From: a virus
Taxonomy: Duplodnaviria > Heunggongvirae > Uroviricota > Caudoviricetes
Reading direction: 5' to 3' (one strand)
DNA: 28,861 nucleotides
IMG/VR virus record: IMGVR_UViG_2695420523_000005
Part shown: positions 1 through 9,300 of the stretch, in pieces
How the letters are laid out: each line of letters starts with the position of its first letter
How positions within the stretch are numbered: position 1 is the first letter of the stretch
Position numbers and translations under genes: made by a program
The notes under the pieces: model-generated
The model's input: only the letters and a program-made list of their open reading frames with translations
What the model was told of the DNA's origin: nothing
Database searches by the model: none

Positions 1-575
<575 letters not shown>

Positions 576-588
576 CCTTGATCTCCTG

Positions 589-912
589 TTATTGCAGTCC
601 ATTTTTTACGCCATACGCGGCTAACCCCAAAAGCAGTGCGGTAATAATGAACGACGTTATTTTAGAAACAATGCCGCCAAAGAACCCACTTGAGATGGAA
701 TCTAACCGGTTAAGGAGTTTGTCCAGGTTGGAGTGTTGAATACTATGTTGCGCCGGGGTCATATCACCAAAGTAGGTTTTCAGCTGATCGTTGACCTCCT
801 GGCCAATTTCTTCACGTAGCTCTTTACCTAATTTGCCAACAACCTCCCGAGCAACGATCGCGGCAATACGCTCAACTTGCTCTGTTGTAACGCCCGCCAT
901 CTCGTTCGACAT
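589..912 (-). CDS. Small tail-anchored membrane protein (soluble charged N-terminal part, single C-terminal TM helix); candidate non-canonical holin / lysis-associated protein
   Basis: ORF-track ORF 589..924. ATG at 912 is preceded by GGAGG (plus 916..920 region); hydrophobic stretch ITSFIITALLLGLAAYGV near the C-terminus; sits immediately upstream of the 33..575 gene. Confidence 0.5.
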   Translation of the reverse strand: MSNEMAGVTTEQVERIAAIVAREVVGKLGKELREEIGQEVNDQLKTYFGDMTPAQHSIQHSNLDKLLNRLDSISSGFFGGIVSKITSFIITALLLGLAAYGVKNGLQ

Positions 913-993
913 GTTTTCCTCCATGAAAAGTCAAATCGGGATGGCGGATTTATATCACATTTCACCCTTTTGTTGTAGGTGTGTACTTACCTA

Positions 994-1227
994 TCATTCA
1001 GCATTGCAACGGACTGATGAGAAAGCACCTACTCCTACCCATCGCCAGTTATAGATGCTACCCGCTTTGTATAAGGTATAGTTGTTCACTTTTTTAACAG
1101 CATATATGGGTATGACTGTCTCCTGTCCACCAATGATAGCCTCACCGTAACATATAGGTGTCGGCAATTTCTGGCAGCCAGTAAGAGAGAGAACAACAGC
1201 TATTGTTAGAAATAATCTTTTCATCAT
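994..1227 (-). CDS. Small lipoprotein (signal peptide + lipobox LTGC); Cor/Llp-like receptor-blocking superinfection-exclusion candidate
   Basis: 77 aa, N-terminus MMKRLFLTIAVVLSLTGC is a textbook lipoprotein signal with cysteine at +1. Size and position distal to the tail fiber genes match Cor (phi80/N15/T1/HK022) and Llp (T5). Assignment is by architecture, not sequence identity. Confidence 0.6.
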   Translation of the reverse strand: MMKRLFLTIAVVLSLTGCQKLPTPICYGEAIIGGQETVIPIYAVKKVNNYTLYKAGSIYNWRWVGVGAFSSVRCNAE

Positions 1228-1234
1228 TTACTCA

Positions 1235-1843
1235 TCAGTTATACAGATTTCTATTTATTACCGGTACTCTGCCATTTACGCTAAAACTATGGCCGCCATT
1301 AAGTTGGTTTACGAATATCGAGCTAACAGTATTTCCATATGCCGCATATCCATAAACCATTGTCATGGCTCCGCCCGGTACTGGAACAGCGGACACATTC
1401 GCATATGTTGGGATTATCGCTGGAGGGTAATCAAAAACATGCCCTCCAGAGCTGTTCCACTCCGTATTATTAAGAAAGGTAAATGAAAGTGGGATATTTG
1501 CCGTATTATAGATTTCCTCCCCTTGTGCATTGAAAAAACTCATGCCCCAAGTTTCTTTTTTGGCTATACCTTTCGAAAATACGTATATCGTGGCACTAGA
1601 GTCGCTACCCCGACCTCCGAAACTGTAAATCACCTGGTTATTACGCACTATTCTGTTGGCTATTAATGAAACAGCTTTCGAATAGGCAACAAAAATCATC
1701 GGTGAACGATCTGGAGATATTTGGGTGTTAAACTCTGTCCCGCCAGACAAAGAAACAACCTGCTTTCTCTGAAAAACGATAGGAGACAAAGAAGGAGACA
1801 TCCAGACCTTCCCGTCAGATCGATATATCTTGCTTCCGTACAT
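1235..1843 (-). CDS. Hypothetical protein (Gly/Ser/Asn-rich, probably beta-rich); candidate adhesin, fiber accessory protein or moron
   Basis: 202-aa ORF; ATG at 1843..1841 overlaps the upstream stop (TAATG); no SD; region visibly AT-richer than the tail genes. Confidence 0.55.
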   Translation of the reverse strand: MYGSKIYRSDGKVWMSPSLSPIVFQRKQVVSLSGGTEFNTQISPDRSPMIFVAYSKAVSLIANRIVRNNQVIYSFGGRGSDSSATIYVFSKGIAKKETWGMSFFNAQGEEIYNTANIPLSFTFLNNTEWNSSGGHVFDYPPAIIPTYANVSAVPVPGGAMTMVYGYAAYGNTVSSIFVNQLNGGHSFSVNGRVPVINRNLYN

Positions 1844-2097
1844 TATTTTTGAAAAACCAATATGTTTAAATTGCCACTAGCTCCAGACCACGAAATGGTA
1901 TTTCCAGAAACCGTAAGACTTGTGTATTTTCCATTGGTTACGTCCATTATGTAATAGTCGATTCCCAATCCCGCCTCAACCTCATATGTTCTACTTCCTG
2001 AACCAGAGGGAGTAAAATAATCGAGGTAATAAACAGGGGCCAACGCATCGACCATCTCCTGTCTTGATGGCGACCAAACCTGTGCACCATAGCTCAT
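1843..2097 (-). CDS. Hypothetical protein; translationally coupled to, or frameshift-split from, the downstream 202-aa ORF
   Basis: 84-aa ORF; ATG at 2097 with AAGGA about 8 nt upstream; stop TAA at 1845..1843 overlaps the next start. Confidence 0.5.
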   Translation of the reverse strand: MSYGAQVWSPSRQEMVDALAPVYYLDYFTPSGSGSRTYEVEAGLGIDYYIMDVTNGKYTSLTVSGNTISWSGASGNLNILVFQK

Positions 2098-2117
2098 AAA
2101 TATATCCTTATAACTGC

Positions 2118-2150
2118 GGTTGTGAGGCCATATTTATCGACCTCACAACC
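2118..2150 (-). promoter_or_regulatory. Stem-loop between the tail fiber stop and the 84-aa ORF
   Basis: 10-bp perfect stem ggttgtgagg/cctcacaacc with a 13-nt loop; followed by SD AAGGA and ATG 2097. Confidence 0.45.
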
Positions 2151-2187
2151 ATCTTATAAATTATCCTTATTAGAAATAATGTCTAAA

Positions 2188-5100
2188 TCAGTTGCTTGTT
2201 GCCCCAACAGTACCGGCAAATTTCAGCCATTGACCTGACGGACTTCTATTACTACGGTAGTGATAAACGAGGATTGCGTTTGTCACTCCACCGTAGTCAG
2301 CTTTATGTGACGTTGTTAAACGAATTGTATAATCACCGTTAGGTAGATTAAAAACTTCGATTATAGATTCTGCTAATTCTACAGCACCAAATCCCGTTAT
2401 ATTGTTGATACTGCCAGCATTGAATCCCATAGCATCGCCAAAGCCAATCCAATAACTTTTGCTAAATGCCCCATTTGATTTAAGGTGGCTAATGAATGTG
2501 GACAAACTCATGCCCATATCCCCACCAGAAACAGAGGAAGTTCGCACAGTCATGCTTGGAAGAGAACTACTCTTCACATAGGAACTGAGAAGGTTTGTTA
2601 CCTCTGTTTTCGTATAAGCATTAAGGTTAGCCGCAGTCAAAGTTATATCGGCAGAGCCATCAAACGCCACACCTGCAATTTTCCTTGCTGTCTGCAATTT
2701 TGTGGCGGTTGCGGCATTACCAGTAGTGTTCTGATTACCAGTTGTATTCACACCAGGGATTGAATCCTTAGCGGTATATACCTGCGCCCACGCTGACCAT
2801 GCTGCACCTGTGTTATCTCTTCGTGAGCGAATGAAAACTGGCGCATGTGCACCGCTCGTACCACTCCAGCCAATAAGCAACTCGCCTTCACCAGCAGCAC
2901 TCGCACCTTTCATGTGCAATACGTTGCCATACGTGGTCGGGTAGCTATTGTTGTACGCCTCATACATTTGAATGCCAGCAGTGCCTTGAGTAGAGCCGCT
3001 TAACGCCGTAACTCGGCCACGAGATACCAATGTATTAATATTGATATCGCCTGAACCATCAAACTTAACACCATTGATGTTTCTCGCTGTTTGCAACTTC
3101 GTAGCTGTTGAAGCATTACCGTTCAAACTACCATTTACGCCACCAGTCACATTTAGTCCATTACCAATTGATACAGCACCGCTGGTATTATTAATTGTAA
3201 TAGGTCGCAAACCGTTCCATGAACCTAATGTGTCTCCTGATGCTGTTAGCAGGAAATATGTGTTCACCCCATCATTACGGATAAAGAACCCAAACTTACC
3301 GTAAGCAATGCGGAAACCATTTGCATATTTTGAAACGATCTCACCAGAAGACGTTAACCCTCCAGATAATGTGCCACCTGAAAGCGGTAATGCTCCTACA
3401 TCAGAAGCTGTTGGTTTGTTTTTAGTGTTATACGCTCTGCGCCATCCTGGTGAATAGGTCGTCCCGTTAAACACATAGACAAACTCCGCATTAGTGAGTG
3501 CGCCAGAGACACCTGTCGTTGTTGCCGTTGTTATACGAATCGTATAATTGTTCGAGCTACTGCCTTTATTAAATACCTCAATAACTGCGCCAGCCAGTGG
3601 AATAATGCCGCATCCTGTTTCGCTGTCTGGTATGGATGCACTATTTGCATACGCCCAGGCACAACGCGCTATCCATGTCTTTGCATTAAAAGCACCATTA
3701 TCTCGTAGCAGAGTCACTAATTGCTCTGTTGTTATTGAAGCTCCATTATCACCTGTTTCAAGCCAACCAGTAGGAGATGCCGGGCAACCTATATTTGCTG
3801 GCGACAAGGCAATATTTGCCGAGCCGTCAAACGACACCCCATTGATAGTACGCGCAGTCTGCAACTTCGTAGCAGTAGCCGCGTTGCCCGTTGTGTTCTG
3901 ATTACCAGTCGTATTAACACCTGGCAAATTAATATTCGCAGTACCATCAAAGCTCACGCCGCCGATAGTTCTTGCCGTCTGAAGTTTCGTAGCAGTTGCA
4001 GCATTACCAGTGGTGTTCTGATTACCCGTAGTGTTTACACCTGGAAGGTTAATATTTGCAGAACCGTCGAAAACAACTCCACCGATAGATCTTGCCGTCT
4101 GCAATTTCGTGGCTGTACTTGCATTACCATTCAATGAACCAGTTAATCCACCTGTAACAGACAACGGACCTGAAACTGTTCCTCCGGTTGTTGGCAGTGC
4201 TCCAATATCTAACGGCGTCGGTTTCTGATGTGTGCTATACATCGTATAAACAACACCATCGGTAACGCTGGAAGGCTTACTCGCTGAATATGTTGGCGAT
4301 GTATAAATAGAAACTGTCGCATTTGCAGTACAATCCCAATGGATATTTACACGAGTCGCATAATTGCCAATCTCAACGTAAATATCATATGTATCGCCGG
4401 ATGTGTTGATCCAGGCGAAATTCGTTAATCCGACAGCTGTACGCTTCCACAAAGCACCTGTAATCCCTTTGGGGTTTCCATTGCCTGCTCGTAGAACCAG
4501 TTCTGAAATGCCTGCCTGATGTGGGGAGCCGACGTTGTAACCAGCGCCACCAATCAATGCGATGTAAACGATGGAACTCGCTTGTGGCATGGTAACCGTA
4601 GCCAGTTTGAACCACCCTGCCCCGCCAGAGAAAGACATCGTTACTGAATTTAAAGTACCAATATCTTTCGGCGTTAATTTGATATCCGCAGTCAGTGCTT
4701 TACCGTTAACTTTTCGGTTAGATGGCACCCTGCTATTCGCATTGTCATTGGCTGCTTTAACTGCTTTTGGCGTTGCGGCCAGCGATTCACTGGTGCTGTC
4801 GACAGCACTGCTAAGTTTCACAACACCTTTAGTTGTAAGGCTTGCGTCTTCCATCGCAACTGCACCGGCAATCTCTTCAGCACGATCAGCAGCAGCTTCC
4901 GCACGGGTCGCAGCGGATTCAGCAGCAGTTTTGCTCTGAGATGCTGCCGTCGCACTGCCTGCCGCCTCTGTTGCTTTCGTGGATGCCGTCGTGGCGCTGC
5001 CCTTCGCTGCTGACGCCTGTCTGGTCGCCTCATCTTTTGAAGCAGACGCCGATGATGCCGATGACGCCGCCGAACTGGCGGACGATGCGGCTGCCGTTTT

Positions 5101-6216
5101 TGAGGATTCTGCACGGGTTTCCGACGCTTTCGCGTTCGTTTCGGATGTCTTCGCTGCGGAAGCAGACCTCGCTGCTGCGCTGGCCTGTTCAGTGGCTTGG
5201 CCAGCCTTCGTTGTGGCAGTTGAAGCAGACGATGCGGCACTTTCTGCCGATTTTCCGGCGGCGGTGGCACTGGCTGAGGCCTGCCCGGCACTTGTTGACG
5301 CGGCACTGGCAGACGACGCAGCCGCTGTTTTTGAGCCTGCCGCAGCCGAGGCGCTCTGTCCCGCTGCCGTTTCAGAAGACCTGGCGTTCGTCTCGGACGT
5401 TTTTGCCGCCTTCGCGGAATTTCCTGCCGCCGTTGCCGAGGAAGCGGCATTACTGGCGCTCGAGGCTGCGCTCGTTTCTGATGATTTCGCTGCCTCTTTT
5501 GAGGCCGCCGCATCCCGGGCTGAGGTGGCAGCTTCTGACGCCTTCGTGGTCGCGGTGGATGCAGAAGTGGCTGCAGATTTTTGTGACGCTGCAGCATTCG
5601 TTTCAGATTTTTTCGCAGCAGTTGCACTCGCACTTGCGGCACTTTGTGAGGATGCCGCAGCGGATGCACTTTGAGACGCTTGAGAGGCTTTTTCTCCAGC
5701 GGCATTGGCGCTTTTTGCTGCTGCGGCAGCACTGGCCGCCGCCTCACGAGCTTTGTCGCCAGCAGCATCAATCGCGTCAGTGTTATTTTTATACCACTCA
5801 ACGTTTTCGTTGTGCTCGTTGACGATCTGCATTAGCGGCTTAACGGTCACTTCTGTACCGTCTTCACGCTCGATTGTCACCTCATCCAGCGCAGTCAACC
5901 AACTGCGTATGGACTTGGAATCAGCCGACATACGCGACATTAGCGCAGTAAAGCGCGCGCTAAACTGTGTTAAGTCGCCTTCATAGGTCGTAATGATTCG
6001 GCACGGAACTTCAGACTGAGTTTCGCCGGTATAAGGTTCTGAGAGAACAATGTTCGTATCACTGGTTACGCGCTTGATCTCATACAGCTTATTGTCGGGG
6101 CCAATGACGATCATCCCCGGCAACACACCATTAGCTGTTACGTTCCAGGCTGTCCCTGCCCCAACCAGAGTATTGCTGCCCTGTGTAAATGTGATAGTAC
6201 CTTCCCTGTACCACAT
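2188..6216 (-). CDS. stf: Side tail fiber protein (lambda Stf-like) with Ala/Ser-rich segment, GNAATATKLQTAR-type repeats and duplicated C-terminal tip-like domain
   Basis: 1342-aa ORF; ATG at 6216 with AAGGAG upstream. Residues ~150-450 (KTSETNAAASQKSAATSASTATTKASEAATSARDAAASKEAAKSSET...) closely match the lambda Stf Ala-rich region as I recall it; at least 5 copies of the N(G/T)NA(A/S)TATKLQTAR motif. Confidence 0.9.
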   Translation of the reverse strand: MWYREGTITFTQGSNTLVGAGTAWNVTANGVLPGMIVIGPDNKLYEIKRVTSDTNIVLSEPYTGETQSEVPCRIITTYEGDLTQFSARFTALMSRMSADSKSIRSWLTALDEVTIEREDGTEVTVKPLMQIVNEHNENVEWYKNNTDAIDAAGDKAREAAASAAAAAKSANAAGEKASQASQSASAAASSQSAASASATAAKKSETNAAASQKSAATSASTATTKASEAATSARDAAASKEAAKSSETSAASSASNAASSATAAGNSAKAAKTSETNARSSETAAGQSASAAAGSKTAAASSASAASTSAGQASASATAAGKSAESAASSASTATTKAGQATEQASAAARSASAAKTSETNAKASETRAESSKTAAASSASSAASSASSASASKDEATRQASAAKGSATTASTKATEAAGSATAASQSKTAAESAATRAEAAADRAEEIAGAVAMEDASLTTKGVVKLSSAVDSTSESLAATPKAVKAANDNANSRVPSNRKVNGKALTADIKLTPKDIGTLNSVTMSFSGGAGWFKLATVTMPQASSIVYIALIGGAGYNVGSPHQAGISELVLRAGNGNPKGITGALWKRTAVGLTNFAWINTSGDTYDIYVEIGNYATRVNIHWDCTANATVSIYTSPTYSASKPSSVTDGVVYTMYSTHQKPTPLDIGALPTTGGTVSGPLSVTGGLTGSLNGNASTATKLQTARSIGGVVFDGSANINLPGVNTTGNQNTTGNAATATKLQTARTIGGVSFDGTANINLPGVNTTGNQNTTGNAATATKLQTARTINGVSFDGSANIALSPANIGCPASPTGWLETGDNGASITTEQLVTLLRDNGAFNAKTWIARCAWAYANSASIPDSETGCGIIPLAGAVIEVFNKGSSSNNYTIRITTATTTGVSGALTNAEFVYVFNGTTYSPGWRRAYNTKNKPTASDVGALPLSGGTLSGGLTSSGEIVSKYANGFRIAYGKFGFFIRNDGVNTYFLLTASGDTLGSWNGLRPITINNTSGAVSIGNGLNVTGGVNGSLNGNASTATKLQTARNINGVKFDGSGDININTLVSRGRVTALSGSTQGTAGIQMYEAYNNSYPTTYGNVLHMKGASAAGEGELLIGWSGTSGAHAPVFIRSRRDNTGAAWSAWAQVYTAKDSIPGVNTTGNQNTTGNAATATKLQTARKIAGVAFDGSADITLTAANLNAYTKTEVTNLLSSYVKSSSLPSMTVRTSSVSGGDMGMSLSTFISHLKSNGAFSKSYWIGFGDAMGFNAGSINNITGFGAVELAESIIEVFNLPNGDYTIRLTTSHKADYGGVTNAILVYHYRSNRSPSGQWLKFAGTVGATSN
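3821..4141 (-). repeat. Three tandem ~120-bp coding repeats in the tail fiber gene, with related copies at ~2668..2760 and ~3051..3133
   Basis: Repeated block ...accatcaaa..acgcc..gatag....gccgtctgcaa.ttcgtagc.gt.gc.gcattacc.gt.gtgttctgattacc.gt.gt.tt.acacctgg... read directly; encodes the GNAATATKLQTAR motif. Confidence 0.8.
4867..5769 (-). repeat. Low-complexity Ala/Ser/Thr-rich coding segment of the tail fiber
   Basis: Protein residues ~150-450 are almost exclusively A/S/T/K/E; this creates long spurious ORFs in other frames on both strands. Confidence 0.85.
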
Positions 6217-6237
6217 GTTGAATATGCTCCTTGATTT

Positions 6238-6258
6238 GGCGGGCTATCCTTGCCCGCC
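6238..6258 (-). promoter_or_regulatory. GC-rich stem-loop between J and the tail fiber with AAGGAUA loop
   Basis: Perfect 7-bp stem ggcgggc/gcccgcc, loop tatcctt; followed on the minus strand by the SD AAGGAG and the fiber ATG at 6216. Confidence 0.5.
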
Positions 6259-6260
6259 AT

Positions 6261-6279
6261 TAAGTAGATACTTACCTAT
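6261..6279. promoter_or_regulatory. Junction motif taagtagatacttacctat between J and the tail fiber
   Basis: Contains the palindrome taagta ga tactta and the TACTTACCTAT core shared with 985..997. Confidence 0.35.
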
Positions 6280-6309
6280 TTTTACCGATATAAAATTTTT
6301 TTTCCACCA

Positions 6310-9300
6310 TCACAGACGGCCAATTCTTACTCGTAAGACGTTGTTATCGTCATAAACGTCAATCCGCTGACCATTTATAACCAATCGCCCATTGCCGCCG
6401 CTATTACCGTTGATCTCAAGCGTTCCATTTTTGCCGAACCGCCATCCAGATCTACCGCTAACAAAATTGGTAGATTGCAGATCGCCTACTTTTGCATTGG
6501 TGATTGTGCCATCCTTGATATACGCTCCATTCATATAGGCGATACTGTTTTCGATAACAAATGGCGTTGTGATCTTCCCGTTAACAGAGTTGACCAAACC
6601 AAACCTGTCCGCCTGAACCAAAAACTGAGATAGCCCAGTGGTGTCAATACCAAGCGCAATACCGGCAACATACTTCTGCCCTCCGCTCGTTGAAGTCTCC
6701 ATTTTCAACGTCCACGCGGTTGACACTTTTTTGTTGGTATCAGCAATAGCTGTTGCCTGCTGTTGAATTGTCGCGGTATTTCCATTCACCTCTGCTTTCA
6801 GAGTATCGATTCGCCCACTCAGAGCATTATCTGCCTGCGTTCTCGCTTTCGTTTCAGTTGTGACCGCCGCGGAAATGTTGGCTGCCGTTTGAGACTCTAA
6901 GTTTGTGATTTGAGTCGCCAATGCAGCATCTTGCTCTGTACGCGTTTTCGTTTCGGTTGCTACAGCCGCTTTAATATCCTCTTTGTATTGAGAGGTCAGC
7001 TTGGTGATCTGAGACGACAACGCCGAGTCAGCATCAGTTCGAGCCTGCGTTTCAACTGCAACGGCCGCACTAATATCTTTCGCTGTCTGTGCTTTTAAAC
7101 TTGAAACCTCTTTTGTTAAAGCGGTATCACCATCTGCACGAGCCGTTGTTTCTCTGGCAAGAGACGCCTTGAGATCATTAGCTTTTGCTGTAAGAGACGT
7201 AATCTGGGTAGACAATGCACTATCGGCATCAGTCCTTGCTTTTGTCTCTACAGCAACCGCTGCGGCAATATCAGTTCCGGTTTGTGCTCGCAGGCTGTTA
7301 ATTTCTCGTGAGAGCGCCTGGTCAGCACTTGCTCTGGCCTCCTGCTCCTGAGTGATGGCAGCGGATATATCACCGTCAACCTTTGACTGAAGCTGGTTTA
7401 TTTGTTTGGCTAACGCAGAGTCCCCGCTTGCTCGGGCCTCCTGCTCACTGCGTATTGCAGCAGAAATATCATCATCAACCTTTGCCTGAAGTTGGGTGAT
7501 CTGGCTTGCCAGAGCCGAATCTTCCGTTGCTCGGGCTTCTTGCTCTTCCTTAATAGCTGCGACGATATCGTTGCTTACTTTCGACTCAAGCTGAGTGATT
7601 TGTGTCGTCAGAGCTTCATCGGCAGATGTACGAGCCTCCTGCTCTGTACTAATCGCCGCGCTGATATCTCCTTCAAACTTAGATTGCAGCTGAGTGACAC
7701 GCTTTGCCAACGCTTCATCGCCATCGGCACGAGCGGTGGACTCTTCCAGAATACTGGCCTTAATGTCTTCGCCAATTTCTACGCGAATTTCCTCAACCTT
7801 CGTGGCCATTGCAGACATATCATCAGCAAAGGTTTTCTGTGTTGTTGCGATCTTCGCGTTATTGACCATCTGCTTGTGCTGGTCTTCATCTTGACGAAGA
7901 GCCAGGTCAATATTTGTTTTGGCCAAAGCCTCAATGTTCGTAGTCAGTTCTGCACTGGCACGATCGACCTCTGCAACCGTCTTTTTCATTTCTTCAACGG
8001 CAGCGGAGCTTTCCTCTACCGTTGACTGTAACACTTCCAGTTGTTTAGCGTTTGCAGCATCACCTTCAACACGAGCCTCGCTTTCCTTAGCAATAAGAGC
8101 CGCCGCTTCATCTCTTGCAGCCTTTATTGCCTCGACTGTATTAGCGAGAGCTTTATCGTGTTCAGATACGGTGTTTTCGATTTCAACAATTGCAGCATCA
8201 GTAGCATCAATTTTTTCAAACGCTTCATTGACCTTGTTAATCGTTGCCGAAACCTCACCTTTAAGCTCGGTTTGTGCGTTCTCCAAAGCATCGCTACGCT
8301 CGTTGAATTTTATTTCAAAACCCGCGAGGTTATCGCTGAACTGCTTATCTAATTCAGCTATATCTTCCTTAACGTCGTTTACCGCCCCCTCTAAAGATTC
8401 GACGCTCTGGTTGATATGCTCATTTAACTCGTCAACTGCTTCTTGAGAGACTTTGCTGTTGATGTCCTCAAGCAGAGCCTGACCAAGCTCGGAAGATGTA
8501 ATTTTGCCAGTCAGGAACGACAGTACATCGCGAGTTGTCGCCTCTGTACCCAAGTTTGAGTTCGGAGGACTTAACATACCTCGCTTGTTCGATGCTCGAA
8601 CCCAGTAATACCACGTTTCGCTATCCCCAAGACCAGCATGTGTAAAGGTGGTGCTTGCAGACTCTGCGATCAGTTTCGCCGTATCCAGATTGTTGGTCTG
8701 GGATGCGTAAACATTAATGTGATCAAGGTCTACCGAATCTGGATTAACCCAATTCAGTATCACATTACGATAGTCTCCAACGGCCGTTAATGACGTTGGG
8801 GCATCAGGCGGTGTCATTGTGCCCAACACCTGATAAACGGTACTGATAATCTCTGTTTTTTTACCGTTGAATGAAACCGCATACAGCTGGAAGTCGTAGC
8901 GTCCATTCTCCGCGACATTAACGATTTCGTATTGCTCTTCGGTTACACGCGCCGATTGCCAGTTCGATACATTGTTTTCATCAGAACGTCGCCAACTGAT
9001 CCAATACTCTGGAGATTTCCCTTCCCATGTTGCAGTCAGTTTTACTGACAGGTTGCCCGGGCTTGAGAGATAAGTCCCTTCAGTGATTTGCAGATTAGAT
9101 GGCTTGGAGTAAGTTGGGTCCAATACCGTCGTATTCTGCGGGATCAGCGTTGCACCATTGTCGATTGCCTCATATTTAGACGGATTGTTCTCAACAGCGG
9201 TGATGTCAAAGCTACCCGACGTTTCCCCCTGTGCGATGTTAACGATGCGAACGCGCATAGGTTCGAGATCTGATTCTGTAATTGTCCAGACACCGTTCAA

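Noticed and set aside
4818-5822. Long ORFs in alternative frames on both strands (4818..5801 minus, 4842..5822 plus, 4979..5674 plus) with extremely biased Pro/Arg/Gln- or Ala/Asp-rich translations
   Set aside because: They lie entirely within the Ala/Ser-rich low-complexity segment of the tail fiber gene. The repetitive GC-rich codons keep other frames open by chance and the fiber frame has clear homology support.
7492-8446. Plus-strand ORFs of 175-177 aa (7492..8025, 7919..8446) and many shorter ones antisense to the J-like gene
   Set aside because: Antisense to a long ORF with strong J homology; translations are low-complexity Ser/Leu/Cys-rich with no RBS context, and they coincide with the tandem-repeat region.
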